In this document: piece after piece, positions 29,753 through 39,760 of the stretch
How positions within the stretch are numbered: the first letter of the stretch is position 1
How the letters are laid out: each line of letters starts with the position of its first letter
Origin: Deltaproteobacteria bacterium
Lineage (GTDB): Bacteria > Myxococcota > Kuafuiibacteriia > Kuafuiibacteriales > Kuafuiibacteriaceae
Length of the DNA: 64,000 nucleotides
Direction: 5' to 3'
Assembly: GCA_040218735.1 (NCBI GenBank)
Contig: JAVJQW010000049.1
Coordinates: forward strand, 1 to 64,000
Program-made: the position numbers and the translations under genes
The notes under the pieces: generated by a model
Databases searched by the model: none
Told to the model about the DNA's origin: nothing
What the model saw: only the letters and a program-made list of their open reading frames with translations

Positions 29753-30586
29753 GTGAGAAATACCTGCGTCACGCTTGTCGTGGGGCTTGGATTGTTCGCA
29801 ACCGGGTGTGGCAGCGAGAGCGCCGGCACGCCCGACTCAGGGACGCCCGATGATGCGGGCGACGGAGGGATAACGTCCCCGGCGGACGGCGGCGGACCGC
29901 CCGCGAGCTTCGTCTTGGGGCTCGTGCTCAACGACGGCGTCGACGAGCGCGCGCCTCGCGGGTGGCCTCTGGTGCTGATGGGGATCGCAGCGCTAACCGA
30001 TGACGTCCCGCGGGTCGTCCTCGACGCTGCCTCGCTGCAGCTGAGCATCGAGGACGACGGCGGAGCGTTCCAGGCGTGGGCGTTCGACGTCCCTATGCCG
30101 CTCGACGGCGACGTCGTGCTCGACGACGCGAAGGCGCAGTTCGAGGTGACCTGGGCGCTCCGCGGCGATCAGACGGAGGCGCTGCCCCTTGGTCGCTACA
30201 CGGCGCGTCTCTCGTTGGGCGATCAGACCTCGCCGCCGGTGACGATCGAAGTCGTCGACTTGGCCCCGACCTCTGATCCTGTCGAGAGCGCGACGCGGAC
30301 CCGCCGACGTGCTGGCCTCGAGGCGCGCGTGGCGCTGCTGCGCGCCGACGCGCCGGCTGCGCTCTCGGCGGTCGATACCGCGCTCGCGGAGGTGCCCGAC
30401 GATGTCGCGCTGCTCGTGTGGCGGGGCAAGGCCAACGCCGCGGCCGACCGCGTCGAGGACGCGCTGTTCGACTTCGACACCGCGGACGCTCGGGTGCGCG
30501 CGGAGAACGACTCCGGCGAGCCGGCGGTGACGATCTCCGAGAATCGCCGCCCGGTCCTGGAACGGTACTTCCAAGGTGCACGATGA
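29753..30586 (+). CDS. Hypothetical lipoprotein with TPR-like C-terminus
   Basis: Lipobox ATGC; helical TPR-like end; overlaps the next start. Confidence 0.7.
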   Translation: MRNTCVTLVVGLGLFATGCGSESAGTPDSGTPDDAGDGGITSPADGGGPPASFVLGLVLNDGVDERAPRGWPLVLMGIAALTDDVPRVVLDAASLQLSIEDDGGAFQAWAFDVPMPLDGDVVLDDAKAQFEVTWALRGDQTEALPLGRYTARLSLGDQTSPPVTIEVVDLAPTSDPVESATRTRRRAGLEARVALLRADAPAALSAVDTALAEVPDDVALLVWRGKANAAADRVEDALFDFDTADARVRAENDSGEPAVTISENRRPVLERYFQGAR

Positions 30587-32694
30587 ACGCCGTACGTCTC
30601 GTGCTCGCGGTCTGGGCCATCTCGGTTCTGCACGTCGGCTCTGCGTTCGCGCAGTCCGCCGAGATCCGTGCGGTCACCGCATGGCGGCTCCAGTTCACGT
30701 ATGAGATCACCAGCGCGCTGCGTGCGGGTGGTCAGCAGTTCGACTACCGCGTCACGGCGTCGGGCAACGGCGTGCTCGAGCCGGACGGCGAAGGTCGCGT
30801 CGGGTTCTCGGGTGCGCCGAACATCACGGTGTCGATCGACTACATGGGTTCGGCGATCGACGGGCAGGGTTGCGGTCTCGTCGAACAACTCACCGCGAGC
30901 GGCGCGCCGAATTGTGAGAATCCGACCTCGCTGGAGCTGGGCTCGAATGGGTTCGAGCTCGATCTGCGGTGTCATCGCATGCCGGTCACGCACTCATTCA
31001 GCTGGCAGGGCAGCTGCGGCGAACAATTCCCGTACCCGACCGACGGAGCGCCGATCGTCGACTGGCCCTGGCTCGCACAGGACGTCTCCTTCGACGGTGG
31101 GACCGTGAAGCTCCTGTTCCCGTATCCGGCCTCCGGCGTCAGCATGGGCGGCCGCGACGGGAACCAGCTCATGGGTTTTCTGGCGCCGCTCTTCACCGCG
31201 ATCGCGACGGGGACCCCCACGCCGCTCGACTACACGTTCCAGTTCACGCTCACACCCGCGGAGGAGGAGGACCTCACGTTGGAGATCGACTCGGCGAGCT
31301 ACGCGCGTTGGCGCCCGAGCGCAGCGCTCCCGAACGCGGCGGGCGCGCCGCTCGACGTCACGGCGAAGCTCGTCTCGTCCACGGGACGTCCGCCCTCGCT
31401 CCGTATCGCGGAGGTCATCTGGGAGTTGAAGAACACCTCACGCGAGCCGGGCATCGCGATGAACTTCCCGTCGGCAGCGATGGACGACGAGCTCGATCTT
31501 CGTTTCGCCGACGATGGCGCACACGTGATCGAGGACGACGCGCAGCGCGCGGTGCGTTCGAACCCAGACGGCTTCACGGACACCGTGCGTATCGAGCCCT
31601 ACGACTGGGGCGGGTGGTCTCAGCTCTCGGTCACCGCGGTGCTGCAGGGGGGACGTCGGATCGTCGGCAAGGTGCGCGGCGCGGCCGAGGATGGGTTGCG
31701 CGTCCCCAAACGAGGCGCCGGATCATGGGTTGCGGACGACTGGAAACAAACCACGGGTGTGACGGGGCTGGCGGACGCTTCCGACGCCGACGCGTTACCC
31801 GCGGGCGACGGGACGCCCGGCGACGGACTGACGCTGTATCAGGAGTACCGTGGCTTCTACGTCGGCGATCGACATGTCACCGGCGACCCCAAGCGAAAGG
31901 ATCTCTTCGTCAACAACCTCGCGAAGGGCGCCGCGACCGCGGGGATTGCGCGCTTCGGGCGTGTCTCCGGTTTGAAGGTGCACGGCGAGCTCACCCCCCA
32001 GCAGATGACGATGGCGCGTGTCGTAAACGGCAACCGTCGCGATGGTCCGTCGGTGACCGATCAACACGCAATCATCATCGAGGTCATCGCGGCGCAGAGT
32101 GGGTATGCGGCGGCGAGGGGTGGCCCCGGAAACCCGAAGACGATCTCATCGGTCCAACTCATGGGCGACTGGGCGACGCTCGATGGTGACTACCTGTCGA
32201 AGATCGTCGCGCACGAGCTCTTCCACACGGTTAACGTCTACCACCACGGCGAGACCGACGAAGAGGTGACCTGGCGCGACGCGATGGGGGTCCTGGTCGA
32301 GCGACGCCGAGGAGGCCCCGCCGCGGGCGCTGCGATCCGGGTGCTCGGCGAAAACGGCGTCGACGCCACGCGACTCATGCTCGCTCGTTTGCAGCGCATG
32401 CCGGGCCTCGCCGAGGACTTCTGGCTCGGCGTCACCGGTGGCCAGCAGTCCGGCCACCACGACTGCGTGATGCGCTACAACAACGCCGAGACGTACGTCA
32501 GCATGGCCAGCGCGAGCGATCGCTACCTGATCACCCAGCCGATGGGGTCGGGGTTGTGCATGTCACCCGACGGTACGGGGCCCAACGCGCCCGCGCACCG
32601 TCCGCAGTCGCGCTTCGGCGCGGCGAGCGCGGGACGCGGGAGCTGTCGTGCCCAGCTCTTGGTGACGGACGCGGTCGCGGCGCCGGGGCGCTGA
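30583..32694 (+). CDS. Secreted protein with zinc-metallopeptidase motif
   Basis: Signal peptide (AFA); HELFHTVNVYHH and CVMRY (Met-turn-like). Confidence 0.7.
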   Translation: MNAVRLVLAVWAISVLHVGSAFAQSAEIRAVTAWRLQFTYEITSALRAGGQQFDYRVTASGNGVLEPDGEGRVGFSGAPNITVSIDYMGSAIDGQGCGLVEQLTASGAPNCENPTSLELGSNGFELDLRCHRMPVTHSFSWQGSCGEQFPYPTDGAPIVDWPWLAQDVSFDGGTVKLLFPYPASGVSMGGRDGNQLMGFLAPLFTAIATGTPTPLDYTFQFTLTPAEEEDLTLEIDSASYARWRPSAALPNAAGAPLDVTAKLVSSTGRPPSLRIAEVIWELKNTSREPGIAMNFPSAAMDDELDLRFADDGAHVIEDDAQRAVRSNPDGFTDTVRIEPYDWGGWSQLSVTAVLQGGRRIVGKVRGAAEDGLRVPKRGAGSWVADDWKQTTGVTGLADASDADALPAGDGTPGDGLTLYQEYRGFYVGDRHVTGDPKRKDLFVNNLAKGAATAGIARFGRVSGLKVHGELTPQQMTMARVVNGNRRDGPSVTDQHAIIIEVIAAQSGYAAARGGPGNPKTISSVQLMGDWATLDGDYLSKIVAHELFHTVNVYHHGETDEEVTWRDAMGVLVERRRGGPAAGAAIRVLGENGVDATRLMLARLQRMPGLAEDFWLGVTGGQQSGHHDCVMRYNNAETYVSMASASDRYLITQPMGSGLCMSPDGTGPNAPAHRPQSRFGAASAGRGSCRAQLLVTDAVAAPGR

Positions 32695-32695
32695 G

Positions 32696-33429
32696 CTAGA
32701 GCCGCTCGATCGCGGGCCGGTACTTCTCTTTCGCGCCGCCGATCACCCGGACGCCGTGCACCGGGAGCACGTGGTCGAACTCGAGGTCGAGGAGCGCGCG
32801 GACGTCGCCCTTGTTCGGCTTGGCGCCCTTGAGCCAGCCGGGGCCCACGTTGTGGGGTTTGATGAACCCCATGAAGCGCATGACGAGCGCGCCGAGCGTC
32901 GAGAAGTAGCGATCGGTGACGCCGTAGTTCTGCAGGCAGTCGCCCGACACCAGCAGGCCGTCGTGGCGGTCGACGTAGATCATCCCCTCCGGCACCAGGC
33001 CGCGGAGGACGATCAGGCGGGCGTCGTCGATCGGGAGCTCGGTGTCGGGGGTCATCCAGACGTCCGGCTGCAGGTAGCCGTCCTCGGGGCGCACGTTCGC
33101 GTTCGTGAAGCCCTTCGCGTAGGCCTGGCCTTCGACCGCCCAGAGCTTCGCGCCGTAGCGGTCGCGGTAGAAGGCGTCGTCCAGCCCGTGGAAGCCGGCG
33201 ATGCGCACGACGTGGTCGACCTTGCCGAGTCGGTCGAGCTCCTCGAGGCCGACGTCGTTCAGGCGCATCGAGTTGACGATCGTCAGCGACCTTCCGCGGC
33301 GGAAGATCGTCATGTTGCGACTGAACCGAATGGCGACGGGCCCGCCCATCGCCGCCGTGCCCGTGACGAAGAAGACGCCGTCGAGCACCTCCTCGACCGG
33401 GCCGTGGGGCAGGGCGGGGGGAAAGCGCA

Positions 33430-33430
<1 letters not shown>
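32696..33430 (-). CDS. Metallo-beta-lactamase-fold protein (DUF4336-like)
   Basis: RNMTI, FHGLDD, GDCLQN and HVLPVHG motifs. Confidence 0.65.
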
Positions 33431-34747
<1,317 letters not shown>

Positions 34748-34758
<11 letters not shown>

Positions 34759-35740
34759 CGCTCGTTCCCTTGCCGCGGCGGGTCTATTCCGTAGTACGTT
34801 GCCTGGCAAGCCCGTGCGGTTCAGAGCGCCCGCCAACGTCCTCCTCCGGCGCGCACAGCTGACGCTGATGCTCGCAACGCTCGTCCCCACCGTCCTGATG
34901 ACGGCCCTGGGGATCGTGATGCTCGCGGTCGGGCAGGGCACCGCCAACGTGGTCATCGGGGTGCTGTTCCTGGCGTTCTGTACGACCTCCCTGACCGGCT
35001 ACATCCTCGGCTCCATCTTCGTGTCGCGCGGCGCGTCCCTCGCACGCGTCCAAAACGACTTCGTCTCGTCCGTTTCCCACGAGCTGAGGACGCCGCTGAC
35101 CTCCATCCGGATGTTCATCGAGACGCTCCGCGACGAGCGCCTCACGGATCCGGTCGAGCGGGAGAAGTGCCTCGGGTTGCTGCAGCGGGAGGTCGAGCGC
35201 CTGGACGGGCTCGTCAGCCGGGTGATCGAGCTGTCCCGCATCGAAAGCCGCGGCAAAGCCTTTCAGAAGGATCCCCTACGCCTCCTCGACGTGGTGAAGG
35301 ACGCCATCGCCGCCTTCGACGCGGCGACGCTCAACGATCCGGTGGAGGTCGGGCTCCAGGTCGACGACCGCCTCCACGTCACGGGCGACCGCGACACCCT
35401 CGCGCTCGCCGTGACGAACCTCCTGCTGAACGCGCACAAGTACACGTCGTCGGCGGATCGGGAGATCTCCGTGGTCGTGGAGGCGGTGACGAAGACGGAG
35501 GTGGAGATCCGCGTGAAGGACAACGGGTCGGGGATACCGCGGGCCGAGCAGAAGTTGATCTTCGAGCAGTTCGAGCGCGGTCAGCAGGCGATCGACGCAC
35601 GCACCACCGGCAGCGGGCTCGGGCTCGCGATCGTGAAGGCAATCGTGAGCGCACACCGCGGGCGTATCGAGGTACGCTCCAAGGAAGGCGAGGGTGCGGA
35701 GTTCTGCATCCGTCTCAAGCGGCGTGTGCTCCCGGCCTGA
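34748..35740 (+). CDS. Membrane sensor histidine kinase (true start probably slightly downstream)
   Basis: Two TMs; SHELRTPL, NLLLNAHKY, DNGSG and GSGLGL motifs. Confidence 0.93.
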
Positions 35741-35746
35741 CACGAG

Positions 35747-36466
35747 ATGACGGACGAAGTGCGGATCCTCATCGTCGAGGACGACGACGCGATCGCGACC
35801 GGCATCGCGCTGAACCTGAAGCTGGAGGGCTACGTCGCGGTGCACGCGCAGGACGGCGAGGTTGCGAGTGAGCACCTCGACGACCACGACTTTTCGTTGG
35901 TGCTGCTCGACATCATGATGCCGAAGAAGACCGGCCTCGACGTGTTGCGCGAGATGCGTGAGCGGCACGACGTCACGCCGGTGATCGTGCTGTCCGCGCG
36001 CGAGCACGAGTACGACAAGGTCGCGGCGCTCCGCCTCGGCGCGGACGACTACGTGACCAAGCCGTTCAAGCTCGCGGAGCTGCTCGCGCGCGTGCACGCG
36101 GTGTTACGTCGCGCGCAGCTCACCAAGGGGCAGAACAGCGGGCGCATCGTTCGGTTCGCGGACGTCGCGATCGACCTCGACCAGCGCGTCGCGTCCAAGG
36201 GCGACGAGCCGGTGCGTTTGACCAACCTCGAGTTCGAGTTGCTCCGGTTCTTCGTGACGAACCCGCACCGGGTGATCGGGCGCGGTGAGCTGCTCACCAA
36301 GGTGTGGGGTCAGGCGCACGGAGGGAGTCGGCGCACCGTCGACAACTTCGTCGCGCAGCTGAGGAGCAAGTTGGAGGCGGACGCGGAGGCGCCGCAGCAC
36401 TTCGTGACCGTGCGCGGCGCGGGGTACCGGTTCGAGCCGTCGTCGTCAGCCGGTCCGGCGGAGTAG
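35747..36466 (+). CDS. OmpR-family response regulator
   Basis: VEDD..LLDIMMP..GADDYVTKPF plus winged helix TVRGAGYRF. Confidence 0.95.
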   Translation: MTDEVRILIVEDDDAIATGIALNLKLEGYVAVHAQDGEVASEHLDDHDFSLVLLDIMMPKKTGLDVLREMRERHDVTPVIVLSAREHEYDKVAALRLGADDYVTKPFKLAELLARVHAVLRRAQLTKGQNSGRIVRFADVAIDLDQRVASKGDEPVRLTNLEFELLRFFVTNPHRVIGRGELLTKVWGQAHGGSRRTVDNFVAQLRSKLEADAEAPQHFVTVRGAGYRFEPSSSAGPAE

Positions 36467-37831
36467 GTCGCCGTCGGCGCGCTCGTCGCGGAGGAACTGT
36501 TCCCAGGTCTCGACCGTCTTGCGGAGCTCCTCGAAGAAGGGGTTCAGCTCCAGCGCGCGGCGGCCGTGTTCGATGGCGGCGATGACGTCCTGCACCTGAC
36601 GGGCGGCGAACGCCTGGCGGGTGAGGAGCGCGGCCTGGTCGACGCGGTCGGGGCACACGCGGTTCCACGCACGGCGGAGCGTCGACAGCGACACGCCGGA
36701 TTCGTCCTTCGCGCGGGCGATGCGCTCGAGCGCGCGGACGTGGCCGGAGCGGAAGTCGTACTCGAGGCGCGACAGGTCGGACCCGAGGACGCGGCGGATG
36801 CGCGACAGTACCGTCGTCGCGGCGCGGACACGCGCGGACTGGGGCGGCGGGAGCGTGTGCGCGGCGCGCTCGAAGCGGTCGAACAGGATCGAGATGCGCT
36901 CGGAGATCTGGTCGGTGGTCGCGGTCGGGTAGAGATCGAGCGCGGCGTACAGCGCGTCGTGCTCGGCGTGGCGGAGGACGCGCTTCACTTCTTCGAAGAC
37001 GTTCTCGAGGTCGTCGTCGTCGTCGACCTGGGCGGCCTTCTCGAGGTCGCCGTCGAGGGCGTTGGCGATGCCGTCGACGTAGTCGCGGATCGCGGCCTTC
37101 TTCTGCTCGTTGAGGTCGGTGAACGCGAGGCCCGCGCCGGGCGCGATGCCGTACGTCTTGGCGCGGTCGGGCGGGACGACGTGGACGACGGTCGCGTTGA
37201 AGTCGAGCTTGCCGCCCGGGGTCTTGAGGTGGACGACGAGGGAGGTCCCGGGCGGGGGCGCCTCGTCCATCTCGACGAACAGGCCGCCCTTGGAGATGTC
37301 GCGCTGCCACAGCTCGCGGAGCTCGTCGCGCCCGGAGAGCTGAAGCTCCACGCGGCGGTTGTCGAGGATGCGGCGCGCGCGGCGGCTCGCCTCCGGCTGC
37401 TTCGGCGTCGGGGCGCCGATGCGGAGGTCGTCGGTGCGGACCTGCGCCGTGAGGTCGAGGACCGCGGTGATCTCTTTGACGATGTCGTTGTCGAACGCTT
37501 CGTGGGTCGCCTCGACCTCACGCAGATCCGGGCCGTCCTCCGCGGGGACGATCAGGGCGGTCTCGCCGATGAGGATGCTCTCGCCGCGCTCGAGGCGCTT
37601 CTTGCCGGACAGGCGCGCGTTGCCCTGCCAGCTCCCGTTGCGGCTCCCGGCGTCCTCGTACCAGACCGCGCCGTCCTCCACCCACACCGCGCCGTGCCGG
37701 CGCGAGATGCGGGGATCCCAGGTCAGCTCGACGTCGAGATCCGGGCCGCGGCGTCCGATGAACGCCTTCGACGACTTCTCGAGCGGAAATGAGAACTCCC
37801 CAATCGCGGGGTGCATGAGCGTGATCTTCAA
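36446..37831 (-). CDS. FHA + PilZ-like + J-like domain protein
   Basis: IGR..ISRRHG..GSRNG (FHA); DISKGGLFV (PilZ-like); LYAALDL..R.EYD (J-like). Confidence 0.75.
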   Translation of the reverse strand: MKITLMHPAIGEFSFPLEKSSKAFIGRRGPDLDVELTWDPRISRRHGAVWVEDGAVWYEDAGSRNGSWQGNARLSGKKRLERGESILIGETALIVPAEDGPDLREVEATHEAFDNDIVKEITAVLDLTAQVRTDDLRIGAPTPKQPEASRRARRILDNRRVELQLSGRDELRELWQRDISKGGLFVEMDEAPPPGTSLVVHLKTPGGKLDFNATVVHVVPPDRAKTYGIAPGAGLAFTDLNEQKKAAIRDYVDGIANALDGDLEKAAQVDDDDDLENVFEEVKRVLRHAEHDALYAALDLYPTATTDQISERISILFDRFERAAHTLPPPQSARVRAATTVLSRIRRVLGSDLSRLEYDFRSGHVRALERIARAKDESGVSLSTLRRAWNRVCPDRVDQAALLTRQAFAARQVQDVIAAIEHGRRALELNPFFEELRKTVETWEQFLRDERADGDLLRRTG

Positions 37832-37967
37832 CTCGCGGACTCCCTTTGATCCTCGTATTCGGGAGACGAGACGAATTCAGTAGTTGTTTCTCATTGAGAC
37901 GAGAAAAAACGCACTGCGAGGGCTGCAGATCGATGCAGAGGGGGTGTTCTGAAAGCGGGACGCCGTA

Positions 37968-38720
37968 TCAACCGGCGGAGTGGAGGACGCCGGCGTCGAT
38001 GCCGCGCCAGCGGTAGTCGGCGCCGCCTATGTCGACGCACACCCACAGCGTCCCCGTGGTCTGCACGTGCACGCTGCCGGCGTGGTCGATGTGGCAGTCC
38101 CCGGCCGCCGGCTCCTCGGCGCCGCCCGGGACGATCAGCAGACGCCCCGCCGTGACCTCCTGCGCCCGCACCCTCCCGTCGACCTCCAGCGCGTGGCGCT
38201 GACCCGGCGTCGCGCCGATGAAGTCGCCGATCGCCACGTGCCCCGCCTCGTCGATTCGCAGCTTCTCCCCTGCGTTCGATCCCCCGAACGTCCCGAGCCG
38301 GAGCTCCTTCGAGCTCCCGTCCGCGTAGAGGTTCCACTCCTCGCCCCCCGCCTCCGAGCGGGTGTCGAGCATGATCCGCGCGGTCCCCCCGGCGCGCTCC
38401 GCCACCACCCGAACCGCCGGGACGTTCGCGCCGCTCGCGCCCCCCGACGCGCCGTCGCTCGTCCCGATCGCCAACCGCGCCCCGGCCGCCGGACGGCCGA
38501 CCCCGACGTTGCCATTCATGTCCACGGACATCGCGAGCTCGAACGCGGCGAGCCGCCGGTCGAGATCGTCGAACAGCGCATTCACCTCCGCCGCCACGAT
38601 CCGCGAGCCCGCCTGGAACGGGAAGAACGCCTCCAACGTTTCGTCGAACGCGTACGCCGTCACCGACCCCACCCCGCACATCAGCCACGCCACGTGGACC
38701 ATCACCTGTCGAACCTTCAT
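37968..38720 (-). CDS. Hypothetical secreted protein with GNVGVG-type beta repeats
   Basis: Signal-peptide-like N-terminus; GNVGVG and GHVAIG repeats. Confidence 0.6.
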   Translation of the reverse strand: MKVRQVMVHVAWLMCGVGSVTAYAFDETLEAFFPFQAGSRIVAAEVNALFDDLDRRLAAFELAMSVDMNGNVGVGRPAAGARLAIGTSDGASGGASGANVPAVRVVAERAGGTARIMLDTRSEAGGEEWNLYADGSSKELRLGTFGGSNAGEKLRIDEAGHVAIGDFIGATPGQRHALEVDGRVRAQEVTAGRLLIVPGGAEEPAAGDCHIDHAGSVHVQTTGTLWVCVDIGGADYRWRGIDAGVLHSAG

Positions 38721-38732
38721 CTTTCGCTCCCT

Positions 38733-38927
38733 TCACTGCCAGCTCGACGCATCCCAACGCGCGTCGTCGTCGTCCCAGCGCGCGCTGACCGTCGCGGTGG
38801 TCGTCATCCGGGGCCCGCCGCCGGGCGCCTCGTCATCGATGTCGACGAGGCCCGAGACCTCCGCCGAAAAACACCCCGCGCCGCTCATCAGCAGCAGCGC
38901 GATCGCCATCCATCGTCTCCAGCTCAT
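38733..38927 (-). CDS. Small lipoprotein
   Basis: GAGC lipobox; co-oriented in an operon; repeated WD motif. Confidence 0.5.
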   Translation of the reverse strand: MSWRRWMAIALLLMSGAGCFSAEVSGLVDIDDEAPGGGPRMTTTATVSARWDDDDARWDASSWQ

Positions 38928-38931
38928 CGTT

Positions 38932-39642
38932 TCAGTCCTCGTCCGCCACGAGCCGGCCGATCAGCCAGCCGGTCGCGCCGATCAAGATGGCCCCGCCCGC
39001 GAACATCGCGACGTCCGCACCTGCGGCGCGTGCGCCGAGGCCGCGAGCCATCGGGTTCGTTCGTGCCGTCGAGACGGTCGTCGCGCCGAGCACGAGCCCC
39101 GCGCCCAACACCGCCGCGCCGACGCCGCCCAGCACGACGGGCCCCGTCAGCGAAGGCGCCGGCTTGTGACCGACAAGATCCAGCACCGCCGTTCGCAGCG
39201 CGAGCGGGAGCTGCGCCTCGTCGTCGGTGCGCGCTTCGCTACGCCGCGTCGTGCGCTCGTCGCTCGTGTCGACGACCTTCACCGTGCACACGTACGCGCG
39301 ACCGAGCCGGTGCACCTCGGCGCCCGCGATGCGCCCGAAGTCCATCTTCCGCGCCGCGAGGATCGCGCAGCGCTGGGAGTCGTCGGCGCAGCCGAGCGCG
39401 GACTTCACGCGCTCGAACTCGACCTGCAGCTCGAGGTCCGCCAGCGACACCACACGATCGGGCGTCGACTCGGCGAACGCCTGCGTGAGGACGTCGCGGA
39501 GGAGCGCGGCCTGCGTCGGCTGGTCGGAGCGCTGCACCTGCAGCACGAGGAGCGGCTCCGCCTGCGCGACAGAGGCCGACAAGACGAGCGTCATGACCGA
39601 GGCGGCGATGTACCGGGCGAGGAGGGGCGTCGCAGCAGGCAT
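38932..39642 (-). CDS. Hypothetical exported protein with C-terminal TM segments
   Basis: Signal peptide, CADDSQRC motif, hydrophobic C-terminus. Confidence 0.6.
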   Translation of the reverse strand: MPAATPLLARYIAASVMTLVLSASVAQAEPLLVLQVQRSDQPTQAALLRDVLTQAFAESTPDRVVSLADLELQVEFERVKSALGCADDSQRCAILAARKMDFGRIAGAEVHRLGRAYVCTVKVVDTSDERTTRRSEARTDDEAQLPLALRTAVLDLVGHKPAPSLTGPVVLGGVGAAVLGAGLVLGATTVSTARTNPMARGLGARAAGADVAMFAGGAILIGATGWLIGRLVADED

Positions 39643-39690
39643 GTACCGGCGCCGTGCGGTGCGCCGCGCGCTTCGATCACTGCTTGACGA

Positions 39691-39736
39691 AGAAAGGGGC
39701 CCCCGGGCGCGAAAGGGAGGTGCGCCCGGGGGCCCC
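39691..39736 (-). terminator. Rho-independent terminator
   Basis: GGGGCCCCCGGGCGC...GCGCCCGGGGGCCCC stem followed by TTTCT on the minus strand, just after the stop at 39761. Confidence 0.75.
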
Positions 39737-39760
39737 GTCGTAGCCCGGGGGGAGGCGGGC

